Source: a virus (lineage: Duplodnaviria > Caudoviricetes). From it: 64,000 nucleotides of DNA. Made by a program: the position numbers and the translations under genes. This document shows positions 28,809 through 38,346 of the stretch, piece by piece. The stretch covers positions 1 through 64,000 of IMG/VR virus record IMGVR_UViG_2974506496_000001; one strand, 5' to 3'. Position 1 is the stretch's first letter. The number at the start of each line of letters is the position of its first letter. Below the pieces are notes generated by a model. That model did no database searches and had not been told where the DNA came from. It was given only the letters and a program-made list of their open reading frames with translations.

Positions 28809-31301
28809 ATGCTGATTAAATTTATTGAGCTATACAATTATCAGCGATTGAAGAACAAAGGCATCAATCGCATCACCATGACCTTCAGTGAAGTGGTGCA
28901 AGTTATTCTGGGTAAGAACGGCAGTGGTAAGTCATCGCTGATTCGCGAGCTCTCACCACTGCCACCTGCGAATGACGAGTATGATAAAGACGGTTACAAA
29001 CATATCGTCATCGAACACAAAGGCGCAGAGTATGAGCTGTACTCCCAGCCTGGCTCGCCGTCACGCCATACCTTTAAGCGTAATGGCGAAGACCTGAACG
29101 AAAGCATGACCATGAATGCGCAGAAGATCTTGGTGAAAGAACACTTTGGGTATACTGCTGAAATCCATGAAGTCTTACTGGGAATGGTGAATGGGGTTTC
29201 CTTTACTTCCATGACACCACAGAAACGCCGTGAGTGGTTCACCTTACTCCACCCAACTGACCTGTCGTATGTCATTGAATTGCATCAGGTGTTAAAGGTG
29301 ATGTTGCGTGATGCCAAAGGCGGGATCAAAACCAGTAACCAGCACTTGACGGACCTGTATGGTCAGCGTCAGGAAGGGGTCACGGTTGAAGCACAGCAAA
29401 GTCAATTGGATGATATCCAACACCGACGTGATCGCATTGCACGGTTTATCTCGGATGAGTTAGCCGGGAAGAACTTCAAGCAAGAGCTCGATAACGACAT
29501 GTACCGGTTGAAAGATATCGGTGAACGTTTCCAAGCCAACCCGCCATTACTGTCACGCAACTACCGGTCGCGGGAAGAGATCTTAACCGAGCTGGAGAAC
29601 TGCCGGGCTGAACTGGGTAAGCTGGAGTATGCCCATAAGACCCACAGCAACGAACTGGCTGAGCTTTCAAAGAACGAGATCTTTACCAGTGGTGATGCTG
29701 AGAAAGACAAAGCGGAACTGGAAGCCTCTAAGCTTGCCATTGCTGAGCATCTTGAACAAAGCCGGGCGGCCCATGCGGATGCGATGAACCGTTTAGGGGA
29801 TAACCCTTTATGGCAAAAAATGTACAGTATGCCGTTTGAGCAGGTACGGGTGGTGTTATCGCAGGTGGAGAACCTGATCGATCACCTGTTGCGTATGGTG
29901 CCGATGGATGAGCGCAAGAACACCTTGATGTTCTATGACCGTGCCCGTCGCAGTCAGTATGATCTGCAGGTGATGATTGAAGGGTTAGAGCAAGAAGACA
30001 AGAAGTACAGTCATCAGCTCTCCCATTTCAATTCCGCCGATAAGACCGAGTGCCCGTCGTGTCACCATCGCTGGGTACCGGGGGTATCTGAGCGGCAGAT
30101 GGAAGAAGTCAAGCAGAAGCACAATGCGGTGAACGTGGAACTCACCACAGCCCGGGAGCGACTGGGTCGGTGTAATGCCTACCTTGAAGCCAATGAGACC
30201 TGGTATCAGGCCGCCAGTGCGTATATCCGCTATACCGAAACCATGCCAGAGTGTCGGGATGTGTTTGAGTGGATGCTGGCGAATGATGTCCTCTATATGG
30301 CTAACCGGGAATTCGCGGCGATTCTGCCGACCATCAAGCACGGTATCTTAAGTCGTGAAGCGTTGGCGAATGACGAGCAGCGTCTGGTGCAGATTGACAA
30401 TAAGCTGAAGCTCTTTACCAACGATGCCATTGAGTGGCACACCCGCCGTTACAATGAGCATGAGACGGCCTTGAGTCAGGTAATCAGTCAGACCCAAGCA
30501 ATCAATCACACCATGGCGGTGCTAAAGAAAGATCTGCGTCTGGTCGATGACAGTCTGATGATGGCAGAAGTCGCACGGGTCTCAATGGAAGGGGTGCGGG
30601 TCAATACCGGTAACCTGGCTAAGCAAGCGATTGCCAATACGGCCAATGACGAATACCGGATGTTGGGGGATCAGCACAAATCCATCACTGCAGGGCTCTA
30701 TAACGCACGCTCACTGGAGTCAACCATTCTCAGCACTGAATCCCATGTGCAGTCAATGAAAGCCTCTAAGGACGCGCTGGAGCTCTTGGTGAAGGCCACC
30801 TCACCAACCGAAGGCATTCCGGCTGAACAGTTGTCTGAGTTCATTGAAACCTTTGTCGGTAACATGAACGCGATCATCTCCGATATTTGGGGTGACAATC
30901 TGCAGATCAAACCGTGTAACATGGAAAACGGTGATCTCTCCTTTAAGTTCCCGTTAATCTCAGGTGACTTTGAAGGCGGAGCGAAAGATGTCTCTGACTC
31001 CTCAACTGGGGAAGCACAGATCATCAACTACGTCTTCCGGTTAGTGGTGATGCAGTACCTGGGCTTTGAGCAGTATCCGTTGGTCATGGATGAAGCGGGC
31101 GCTAACTTCGATGAAGCACACCGTCCGGCATTAATGAACTACATCAAACGTGCCTCAGAGTCTGGGGTCTATTCGCAGATCTTTTTGATCTCTCACTATA
31201 TCGCACAGCACGGTGTATTAACCCATGCAGAAGTCTGCGCCTTGTCTAACGACGGTGTCGCACTGCCTGAGACATACAACGACCATGTTGTTATCGAGTA
31301 A
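28809..31301 (+). CDS. sbcC: SbcC/Rad50-like SMC-family ATPase
   Basis: Walker A GKNGSGKS, coiled coils, CPSC zinc hook, SSTGE signature, LVMDE Walker B, ISH switch. Confidence 0.9.
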   Translation: MLIKFIELYNYQRLKNKGINRITMTFSEVVQVILGKNGSGKSSLIRELSPLPPANDEYDKDGYKHIVIEHKGAEYELYSQPGSPSRHTFKRNGEDLNESMTMNAQKILVKEHFGYTAEIHEVLLGMVNGVSFTSMTPQKRREWFTLLHPTDLSYVIELHQVLKVMLRDAKGGIKTSNQHLTDLYGQRQEGVTVEAQQSQLDDIQHRRDRIARFISDELAGKNFKQELDNDMYRLKDIGERFQANPPLLSRNYRSREEILTELENCRAELGKLEYAHKTHSNELAELSKNEIFTSGDAEKDKAELEASKLAIAEHLEQSRAAHADAMNRLGDNPLWQKMYSMPFEQVRVVLSQVENLIDHLLRMVPMDERKNTLMFYDRARRSQYDLQVMIEGLEQEDKKYSHQLSHFNSADKTECPSCHHRWVPGVSERQMEEVKQKHNAVNVELTTARERLGRCNAYLEANETWYQAASAYIRYTETMPECRDVFEWMLANDVLYMANREFAAILPTIKHGILSREALANDEQRLVQIDNKLKLFTNDAIEWHTRRYNEHETALSQVISQTQAINHTMAVLKKDLRLVDDSLMMAEVARVSMEGVRVNTGNLAKQAIANTANDEYRMLGDQHKSITAGLYNARSLESTILSTESHVQSMKASKDALELLVKATSPTEGIPAEQLSEFIETFVGNMNAIISDIWGDNLQIKPCNMENGDLSFKFPLISGDFEGGAKDVSDSSTGEAQIINYVFRLVVMQYLGFEQYPLVMDEAGANFDEAHRPALMNYIKRASESGVYSQIFLISHYIAQHGVLTHAEVCALSNDGVALPETYNDHVVIE

Positions 31302-31321
31302 CTAGGCTTAAGGAGTCTATT

Positions 31322-32722
31322 GTGTCGGCTATTCCTGCTAATCTGTATTACGGTCCTGAGGTTCCGGTCGACGCATTGCCTGGTGCAGTGTTTAACGACG
31401 GCACATGTTTGTATCGCGGAGGTGAACACGGTTGGTTGTATATGTGTCATCTCCACACTGTTTTAAACACTCTCGATTCACCTTTGGCGGCGTATGCTGC
31501 TGAACCGAACAACGGCACGATCGCTGAGCTTAATGAACCGTTCGCGGTTTACCATCAAGGTAACTGGTTGGAGTTGGACAAAGACGCTGCACCAGACTTG
31601 AATGCGACCGTGGTCTTCAAAGATGAAGATGTGCGCGCAATCGCCGCCGACAGCAATAGAACCTGTTTAGTGTTTATGGACGGCAGCAACGACGCACAGG
31701 TGGCTTTCAAGGTAACACTGTACCTTTGCCATAAAGGCGAAGTGGTGGGGCTTGGTGACTACGACTACGTTAGCGCCGATAATCTACCGCTGCTGCAGAG
31801 AATGATGTTCGGTAACCGGGGAGGGGGTATGGTTGAATACATGGAACTAGACATCACATCACGGTTTATCGTGAACAAAGGGCATTTACCGGAAGTGGGC
31901 GATACCTGGATCGATAACGAGTTCAACGAATACGTGTACAGTCCGACACGGCTGTGGGATCGTATTGGTAAGCTTGCCTTTGTGTATAAAGGCAGTCTGG
32001 CTTCCGGTATCGATGCCTTGCGTCACCCCGGGCCGCATAACACCGGCGACACGTACTTGGTTGACAATTTTGCGTATGTCTATAACAAAATTGTCAACCG
32101 CTTTGTGGTGTTGCAAGTTGATCCGGGTAACGATAACACACCGTTTGATCTCTATCCTGATGGTGCACTCGAACCCATTCCAATGCAGGGGATCTATCGC
32201 CGCAGTACTGACGCCTTGCCTAGTGAACCCAATGGCTGTGGGTATGTCGTGATTGAGCAAGATGGCAGTCATGTCATCTACAATCAGTACGGATTGCGTA
32301 TCGACTGCGATGTGGTGGAAACCACCGAGCGCACCGAGTCCCGCACACCGATGGTGGTGATCGGCGATAACGCGTTGCTGAGGCTTTATTACGAAGCCAA
32401 CGACATGGACCCTTGTGAAGGGGATGTCTGGGTAAATGATAAACAGCTCATGACCTTCTTTGCTGGCGAATGGACGTTATTGCCCGTGGGTCGCCTCTAC
32501 ACGGAACGACACCAGCCGCTGCGTGATAAAGTTCAGGCATTGCGTGAACTGATTGACAGTGGTCGGTTCAAAAGTGTGATCGATAAAGCCCGAGAGCAGG
32601 AGTTTGAACGCGAGCTGGCCGAATACGACGCTGTCCTCAAACAACCCCAGCTAGAACAAGAACCCAAAGACACTTCTTTCTTTGCACCGATCAAAGCCTT
32701 CTTTAAGCGTTTGATACAGTAA
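31322..32722 (+). CDS. Hypothetical protein with GD(T/V)(W/Y) beta-repeats
   Basis: EVGDTW, NTGDTY, CEGDVW repeats; amphipathic C-terminal helix. Confidence 0.55.
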   Translation: MSAIPANLYYGPEVPVDALPGAVFNDGTCLYRGGEHGWLYMCHLHTVLNTLDSPLAAYAAEPNNGTIAELNEPFAVYHQGNWLELDKDAAPDLNATVVFKDEDVRAIAADSNRTCLVFMDGSNDAQVAFKVTLYLCHKGEVVGLGDYDYVSADNLPLLQRMMFGNRGGGMVEYMELDITSRFIVNKGHLPEVGDTWIDNEFNEYVYSPTRLWDRIGKLAFVYKGSLASGIDALRHPGPHNTGDTYLVDNFAYVYNKIVNRFVVLQVDPGNDNTPFDLYPDGALEPIPMQGIYRRSTDALPSEPNGCGYVVIEQDGSHVIYNQYGLRIDCDVVETTERTESRTPMVVIGDNALLRLYYEANDMDPCEGDVWVNDKQLMTFFAGEWTLLPVGRLYTERHQPLRDKVQALRELIDSGRFKSVIDKAREQEFERELAEYDAVLKQPQLEQEPKDTSFFAPIKAFFKRLIQ

Positions 32723-32742
32723 AGATCGTAGATCATTTTATT

Positions 32743-32752
32743 CCTACATTAC
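32743..32752 (+). promoter_or_regulatory. Candidate early (vRNAP) promoter CCTACATTAC
   Basis: Close to the phiKZ early consensus TATATTAC; recurs at 40043 and 57510. Confidence 0.55.
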
Positions 32753-32779
32753 CAGATTGGTATAGTCATCGAGGTCATC

Positions 32780-33124
32780 ATGTTAGTGATACTACCCCTC
32801 GGTAATTTGGCCGCACGGATTGATCGTGCGCTCCAGGTTACTGATTACGTGTTCTCTGCTGAAGAGATTGCTGAAGCTGCGGTTCATTACATCAACGGAG
32901 ATGTGGACTGTGCGCTGGATCAGCTCTTTCGCAAGATCAACGCTTTAGATGAGACTTTTGTTGACTTGCCGTATAACACCCCTTCTGACCAAGTACTGAA
33001 AAAAGTGATTGGTCAGGTAGGGCGTGAAATCAATACCAATCTATTTAACCTCTATCACGACGTCTGTATCCCGCACTTTGTAAGCGCAGGAGAACATCAA
33101 GTCGTGCTAACTGTCGATATGTAG
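32780..33124 (+). CDS. Hypothetical protein
   Basis: GAGG RBS; first of a tight four-gene cluster. Confidence 0.6.
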   Translation: MLVILPLGNLAARIDRALQVTDYVFSAEEIAEAAVHYINGDVDCALDQLFRKINALDETFVDLPYNTPSDQVLKKVIGQVGREINTNLFNLYHDVCIPHFVSAGEHQVVLTVDM

Positions 33125-33133
33125 GAGTTACCC

Positions 33134-33622
33134 ATGAGCAGTATTCATCGCGTCTTTTCCACGGACTTACAAACTATCAAAGACACTCCCGCACCGGAGC
33201 TCGAAGATAGTGTTACGGTCGCCCGGAGGATTGCCATGCAGCAACAGCATCAAACGAGTTTCCTGATACTTTTCAAAGAGCGTGCACGTCAATGCACCGA
33301 TGGCTTTGATAAGTGGCGGATGGATAAAACCAACAACCCTCTGTTTGAACAGACGGCACGCCAGCGCTTAGCGGGCATCGCCATCAACATCTACCAGGAA
33401 GTCACCGGTGAAGTGGTCAGCAGCGACACCAGGCACCAGTTGATTAAATGGGCCGAAGACAACAAAGTGATCATCATCAACCATGTGGTCGGCATGCAGC
33501 TGTGGCACCGCATGGTAAACAACACCCCGGCTGAAACCCAGCTGCAGGTGTTCAGTGGTGGTCGGCAAGCCCTGATGTTCTCTTTCAAAATCCCCGGGGC
33601 GAAGCATCCTTATCTTATATAA
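33134..33622 (+). CDS. Hypothetical protein
   Basis: AGGAG RBS. Confidence 0.6.
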   Translation: MSSIHRVFSTDLQTIKDTPAPELEDSVTVARRIAMQQQHQTSFLILFKERARQCTDGFDKWRMDKTNNPLFEQTARQRLAGIAINIYQEVTGEVVSSDTRHQLIKWAEDNKVIIINHVVGMQLWHRMVNNTPAETQLQVFSGGRQALMFSFKIPGAKHPYLI

Positions 33623-33628
33623 GGTGTC

Positions 33629-33961
33629 GTGATGAAGCTGCAATATCATGCTATCATCCCTATCCCCTCTATGCCGGCTATTTGTCAACAGTACGGTATT
33701 TCGCGTGAAGGGCTCGTGCGAATGGTATTGGAATACCTGGAGGGGAATGAGTATCAGATGATGAGACGCATCCAAGAACTGCCTGCTGTGACTGACCCTG
33801 ACATGACTGAAGCGGTCGTAGCCGCCGTTTCACGTGCCATGTTGGAGTTCCTGGATTCGTTACCTGAGGTTAGTACAGGCCAACATATTCGGGATATCTA
33901 TTTGATAGCAGCCCATTCATTAACCGCCCATGTCGGATTCGCTGTGTGCGATGACGAGTAG
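33629..33961 (+). CDS. Hypothetical protein
   Basis: AAGG RBS; tight spacing. Confidence 0.6.
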   Translation: MMKLQYHAIIPIPSMPAICQQYGISREGLVRMVLEYLEGNEYQMMRRIQELPAVTDPDMTEAVVAAVSRAMLEFLDSLPEVSTGQHIRDIYLIAAHSLTAHVGFAVCDDE

Positions 33962-33967
33962 ATTCCC

Positions 33968-34378
33968 ATGACCCTTTATAAAGAACATGTGGTGTTGTGT
34001 ATTGTCCAATCTGATGCAGCCACCGAAGCCTGGGCCGAGCTATCGCAGCTAGTTTTCGATAACCCGACTTTGATGTTTGATCAGGAAGACTTTACCCGCC
34101 TCCTTAATTTAGCGTTGGCCGATGACCGGGATGAGATGATCAAATACATCCGCACCGCCCTCACGGTCGACCTAAATATTGAGCTCATTAATTGGCTCAC
34201 AGACAGCATGCTTGACATCGCCTATGCTCTTCGCAAATCGTTACCGGTGTTAACACCCACACAACCCGGAGTTGTGGCCAAGTGTGAGTACCTGTCCCAT
34301 TGCAGGCGCAACGTCGTACTAAAAGCTACCATCCTCGAACCTTTACCTAAGGAGCATTTGACAGTTATTCACTTCTGA
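33968..34378 (+). CDS. Hypothetical protein
   Basis: Tight co-directional spacing. Confidence 0.6.
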   Translation: MTLYKEHVVLCIVQSDAATEAWAELSQLVFDNPTLMFDQEDFTRLLNLALADDRDEMIKYIRTALTVDLNIELINWLTDSMLDIAYALRKSLPVLTPTQPGVVAKCEYLSHCRRNVVLKATILEPLPKEHLTVIHF

Positions 34379-34452
34379 CTTTGGGAGAAGTGACCAAGGC
34401 CGTGGGGGTATAAGCCTCCACTTAAAGAACCACGACTTCGGTAAAAACCAAA

Positions 34453-35220
34453 ATGAAAACGATCAACGCGATCCTTCACACCCTCGTGCTGTTTGCACTT
34501 GTCTTCGTTGCACAATCCTCACTGGTCCACGCCTCGACATCAACTGGAAAAGCTGCCGTCCAGTTTAATCAAGCAGGGTGGGATAAATACAAATCCACAT
34601 TAACCCGAGCCTCGTTAGCATCCGGTGTACCGGTCACTGAGCTCGTGATCTTTACCTCTATTGAGTCTGACTTCGAAGCCAAGGCCCGCAACACAGCCGG
34701 GAGCAATGCAGGCGGACTGACCCAATTCATTCCAAGTACTTGGCGATCGATGGTGCGAACCCACCACAAAAAGTACGGGTTAAGTAAAAACGTGTCTCGT
34801 TTTAATGCCTATGCCAACGCGGCTATGACCGCAGAGTATATTAAGCAGAACAGGAGCCTTCTACAACAGGCACTAAAACGGGAGATCACCACTACCGATG
34901 TCTATATGGCTCACTTCCTTGGTCCGGGTACTGCAATTCAAGTCCTGAAGGCCAAAGGTAACCGCTCGATCACATCTGTTGTAAAGGCGACAAAAGGAAA
35001 TGCCCGCTTGTTTTACAACAAAGGTCGACCATTAACGGTTGCTCAGTTTAAAGCCAATATGGCCCGCAAAGTGGCTAACCACCGCCAGGTCTATAAACCC
35101 GTTGCCGTAAAGTACGCTGTACGCTACGAGGAAAACCAACGTCTCGATGCGCTTATCGCCAAAGTCAATGATAAGCCAGTACGCGTCGGGTTTAGCACCG
35201 CATACGTCAGGGAAATGTAA
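34453..35220 (+). CDS. Lytic transglycosylase/endolysin (phiKZ gp144-like catalytic domain) with N-terminal signal peptide
   Basis: IESDF catalytic Glu, GLTQFIPSTW, YMAHFLGPG; hydrophobic N-terminus ending VHA-S. Confidence 0.85.
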   Translation: MKTINAILHTLVLFALVFVAQSSLVHASTSTGKAAVQFNQAGWDKYKSTLTRASLASGVPVTELVIFTSIESDFEAKARNTAGSNAGGLTQFIPSTWRSMVRTHHKKYGLSKNVSRFNAYANAAMTAEYIKQNRSLLQQALKREITTTDVYMAHFLGPGTAIQVLKAKGNRSITSVVKATKGNARLFYNKGRPLTVAQFKANMARKVANHRQVYKPVAVKYAVRYEENQRLDALIAKVNDKPVRVGFSTAYVREM

Positions 35221-35251
35221 AAGTTAACATACCTGCACGATAATATACATT

Positions 35252-35283
35252 GGGAGGGGCGCAGGTCTCTCCCTTTTATGCCG
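35252..35283 (+). terminator. Hairpin-TTATGCCG element
   Basis: GGGAGGG..CTCTCCC followed by TTTTATGCCG. Confidence 0.75.
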
Positions 35284-35315
35284 TTTGAATTTATTAACCC
35301 CCAAGGAGGTTGTGT

Positions 35316-35729
35316 ATGCCTGCATTATTGCGTGCCGCCAATACCAGTTGTAACACCATTGGTCATGAGTATCACTCCCCGTTAAACGAACAGGTCATCA
35401 TGATCAGCGATAACCAAATGAAAATGTTAATAGCCCTGCCTGCGAGCAAACTGAATCTATTAACACGTAATCCGGTCTACGCTGACAATGGCATTGAATC
35501 TGTGTTCGTCCATCCCTTGTTTATTGAGATAGCTGGCCTGATCCAGTTAAGTGCCTATGCCAAAGACCCCGCATGGCAGCAGCATGACCTCAGTAGCATG
35601 ATGGTCTACCTCGGGATGGTCGGGCGTAACAATGTTCGTCTGGTTGAAGTAAATGCCCACCTGGCCAGTTGCGGTATGCTCACGTTGCGCCGTAGTGCCC
35701 TTGAGTTTGCCAAACCCGTTATGTCTTAA
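35316..35729 (+). CDS. Hypothetical protein
   Basis: AAGGAGG RBS before ATG 35316. Confidence 0.6.
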   Translation: MPALLRAANTSCNTIGHEYHSPLNEQVIMISDNQMKMLIALPASKLNLLTRNPVYADNGIESVFVHPLFIEIAGLIQLSAYAKDPAWQQHDLSSMMVYLGMVGRNNVRLVEVNAHLASCGMLTLRRSALEFAKPVMS

Positions 35730-35774
35730 TGGACAAACACTTACTATTATCTGTTAATTAATCTGGAGTGCCTT

Positions 35775-36221
35775 ATGATTCAACCTATTAACGTTCCCGG
35801 GATGGTGATCAACCCCGAAGTCTCCCGTGAAGTGATCTTAATGACCAGTGAACAGCTGGACCGTTTCTCGATTGCTGCCTTCGACATGCTGGCGTTGGGT
35901 AATACCGTATTCAGTGGTGAGTTCGGCAGTTATGTCACACCATCGCGTGACGAGTTCATGCAGGCTTACCTGCGTCCATTGCAAGCCCCTGACTCGGTAA
36001 GGCGCTACAATGAGATCGATCAAACCCAAGTCGCCTGTCTGGTCGATTCAATTACCCGTAACGAAAAAGGTGATCTGATTGGGCGGGTGATCCCACATGG
36101 TCCGAATGGCCCGAAACTTGAAAAGCTGTTTAAAGAAAAGAAACAGAAGTTCAAAGTCTTTCCACGCCTCAAGTGGGAAAACGGCTGGAAGTTCGTGGCG
36201 TTTGATGTGGGGTATAAGTAA
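35775..36221 (+). CDS. Prohead-protease-fold (T4 gp21/S80-like) protein, apparently inactive
   Basis: GEFG, EID..QVAC, G.V.PHGPNG..L, FPR, FVAFDV in the family order; catalytic His and Ser not evident. Confidence 0.45.
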   Translation: MIQPINVPGMVINPEVSREVILMTSEQLDRFSIAAFDMLALGNTVFSGEFGSYVTPSRDEFMQAYLRPLQAPDSVRRYNEIDQTQVACLVDSITRNEKGDLIGRVIPHGPNGPKLEKLFKEKKQKFKVFPRLKWENGWKFVAFDVGYK

Positions 36222-36542
36222 ATGGTACGCGCCGATACAACCATCGCAACAAAAGGAAAGGTTGTGCGCTTGAGTGTCACCGGTTACGGGGTGATGAGCA
36301 TGGATGGGGTTATGGTAGATGATCCTAAGCAGCGCGTGAACATGCGCACCGCCCACCCCAGCCAAAGTTGTTACCCACTACCGGGTGAAAAGAAATGGTA
36401 CGAAGTTAAACGGGTAGAGCAGACAGCCAATGGTTGGTGTTATCCGGTGGTCGGGTTATTTAAGTATCCCGGTGATGCCACAAACTTTATTCAATCCCTT
36501 ATTCAGAAATACAAACTCGATCAGGAAAAACCTCATGAGTGA
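36222..36542 (+). CDS. Hypothetical protein
   Basis: Abuts the upstream stop codon. Confidence 0.55.
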   Translation: MVRADTTIATKGKVVRLSVTGYGVMSMDGVMVDDPKQRVNMRTAHPSQSCYPLPGEKKWYEVKRVEQTANGWCYPVVGLFKYPGDATNFIQSLIQKYKLDQEKPHE

Positions 36543-37014
36543 AATTACCGTAAAAGTTGTTGGTCCAATTCAAGCGGGTAAAACTGCAATCGCCTCTTTA
36601 TTGGACAATGCCCTGCGTGCCAATGGTATCATAGCAAAGATCCAGTCCGACTCAGCGCTGTCCTATCTGCGTGAAGCCAAGAACCACGTCCCAACCAATG
36701 TCAGTGTCACGATCATTGACGGTACCGCTGACGGGGTGCGTGAATTTGGTAACAGCGATGATGTCATTCCAATCCGCGGTCGCATCATGGGTATCGAAGT
36801 CCAACCGGTCAAATACACTCCCGCTGAAGCGACAGTGGTTGCGCTGGCCGATGCTAACGCCTTTGCCGTGTATCGCCGTGAATGGCTGAACAATGCGTCG
36901 CTGGCCGTCTGGGTGGGTGACTTCCACGTTGAGAGCGATGCCATTGACTGCGCCAACACCCTGGCTGAGAAATACGGCACCGCCGCTGACTTCCTTTATA
37001 AGGCAGGTTTGTAA
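36535..37014 (+). CDS. Small protein with N-terminal P-loop (GPIQAGKT)
   Basis: AGGA RBS before ATG 36535; N-terminus similar to 45729. Confidence 0.55.
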   Translation: MSEITVKVVGPIQAGKTAIASLLDNALRANGIIAKIQSDSALSYLREAKNHVPTNVSVTIIDGTADGVREFGNSDDVIPIRGRIMGIEVQPVKYTPAEATVVALADANAFAVYRREWLNNASLAVWVGDFHVESDAIDCANTLAEKYGTAADFLYKAGL

Positions 37015-37016
37015 CC

Positions 37017-37286
37017 ATGCATCAGTTTACTCCTGAGATGAAAGAAACGTTAAACGAACTCGAGCGTGAGTTAGCCCACATTCGTTTAACGCAACCGAAC
37101 CGGATTAACACACTGATCAAAACCAAGTGTTTTAGCCTGGCCCGGAAAACAAAGTCACCGCACGTCAAACGGGTTCTGCAGTCAATTACCGCTACCCCGT
37201 TGTCGGTTGTAAAGTTAGAAGAAGTTCTGAAGCTTTACCATGAAGTGGATAGTGGTGAAGTGGAACTCTCTATTCAGCAGGTTTGA
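37017..37286 (+). CDS. Hypothetical protein
   Basis: Tight co-directional spacing. Confidence 0.55.
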   Translation: MHQFTPEMKETLNELERELAHIRLTQPNRINTLIKTKCFSLARKTKSPHVKRVLQSITATPLSVVKLEEVLKLYHEVDSGEVELSIQQV

Positions 37287-37759
37287 GGGGGGTAGAATGG
37301 CGTTGGCTTTCGATTCTTAACGAGTCGGACTTCAACGCAATGACCTTCCTCGCGGTGAAACAATACCACGCTCAGTCTATCTACTGGAAACGACTGGGTG
37401 TGGATTGGAACACCCCTAAGCCTGAGACTGTCCACAAGTTTATGGCCACCTATGTGAAGAATGCCCCGATCAAACTGATGATCCGTAACGCGGATGCGGT
37501 GATGATTGGGTTTGCACTACTCAGTACCGAACGCACGGATAAAGGACTTGTCTGTCACATCGACGAGGTGTTTATCGACGAACCCTATCGTAATAAGGGC
37601 ATTGGTAAGAAAACGCTTATTAGGATTAAACGGCACGCCGAAAAACAGAAGATCGCTGCATTGACCTTGAACGTCAGTGCTGCCAATCCCGTTCGCGCAC
37701 TTTATGAACGTATGGGGTTTGAACCAGTGCAGGTGAAATACCAGATGCGGCTGGGTTGA
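37283..37759 (+). CDS. GNAT-family N-acetyltransferase
   Basis: IDEVFIDEPYRNKGIGK (motif A) and NPVRALYERMGF (motif B); exact start uncertain. Confidence 0.85.
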   Translation: MRGVEWRWLSILNESDFNAMTFLAVKQYHAQSIYWKRLGVDWNTPKPETVHKFMATYVKNAPIKLMIRNADAVMIGFALLSTERTDKGLVCHIDEVFIDEPYRNKGIGKKTLIRIKRHAEKQKIAALTLNVSAANPVRALYERMGFEPVQVKYQMRLG

Positions 37760-37777
37760 CCTAGTGAGGAGTTTGTC

Positions 37778-38332
37778 GTGTCTATCTATCGCATTGAAAT
37801 CCACCCGAACGCCACCAGTGGTCTTACGGTACTTGTCAGCACGGCTGAAGGTATACGGCGGCTGGCATTAGTGGAAGGGTGTTCGGAACAGGGAGCGTTT
37901 GTAGTTATACGGGATAAGGTTATACGGTTCTATCATTGGGATGTACGACGGGAAGAAGACCGGGCGTTGTTCAATGCAGACGGTTTGGCACGGAACACAC
38001 TGGTTGGGATCGAAGCCTTGTTGTGCAAGAACAAAGATTGGGGGTTTGGTGGGACACGCTTCCTGGCGTTTATGACAGGGTGCTTAAAACACCGCTGGAA
38101 CGAGTACAGCAACACGCGGGGGTTTATCCGAGCAGAACATCATCATTTGGTGCACACTCGCGTAGATCGCCGTGAGGAGCGTGTATTCGTGACATTAGGG
38201 GATTGGGCGCAACACGCACCGTGGAACTTACGCCTGGACCGTAAAACCCCCTATTCAACGAAATTCAGAGAGGTGGTTGAACGCCTCGTCCGTCAGGAGT
38301 TCGACTTACCGGCGGTCTTTGACATTAATTAA
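37778..38332 (+). CDS. Hypothetical protein
   Basis: GAGGAG RBS, GTG start. Confidence 0.6.
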   Translation: MSIYRIEIHPNATSGLTVLVSTAEGIRRLALVEGCSEQGAFVVIRDKVIRFYHWDVRREEDRALFNADGLARNTLVGIEALLCKNKDWGFGGTRFLAFMTGCLKHRWNEYSNTRGFIRAEHHHLVHTRVDRREERVFVTLGDWAQHAPWNLRLDRKTPYSTKFREVVERLVRQEFDLPAVFDIN

Positions 38333-38346
38333 CCTAAGGTGCTTTC

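Noticed and set aside
33670-33678. TATGCCG copies inside coding regions (also near 508 and 1667)
   Set aside because: No preceding hairpin; a 7-mer is expected a few times by chance in 64 kb.
34400-34440. Resemblance of the lysin leader to a pistol ribozyme
   Set aside because: Only a stem followed by UUAAA matches; no pseudoknot partner or further conserved stems found.
5664-35770. Shared ATTAATCTGGAGTG at about 5664 and 35757, and frequent TTAACC before RBSs
   Set aside because: Adequately explained as an AT-rich translation leader plus Shine-Dalgarno sequence.
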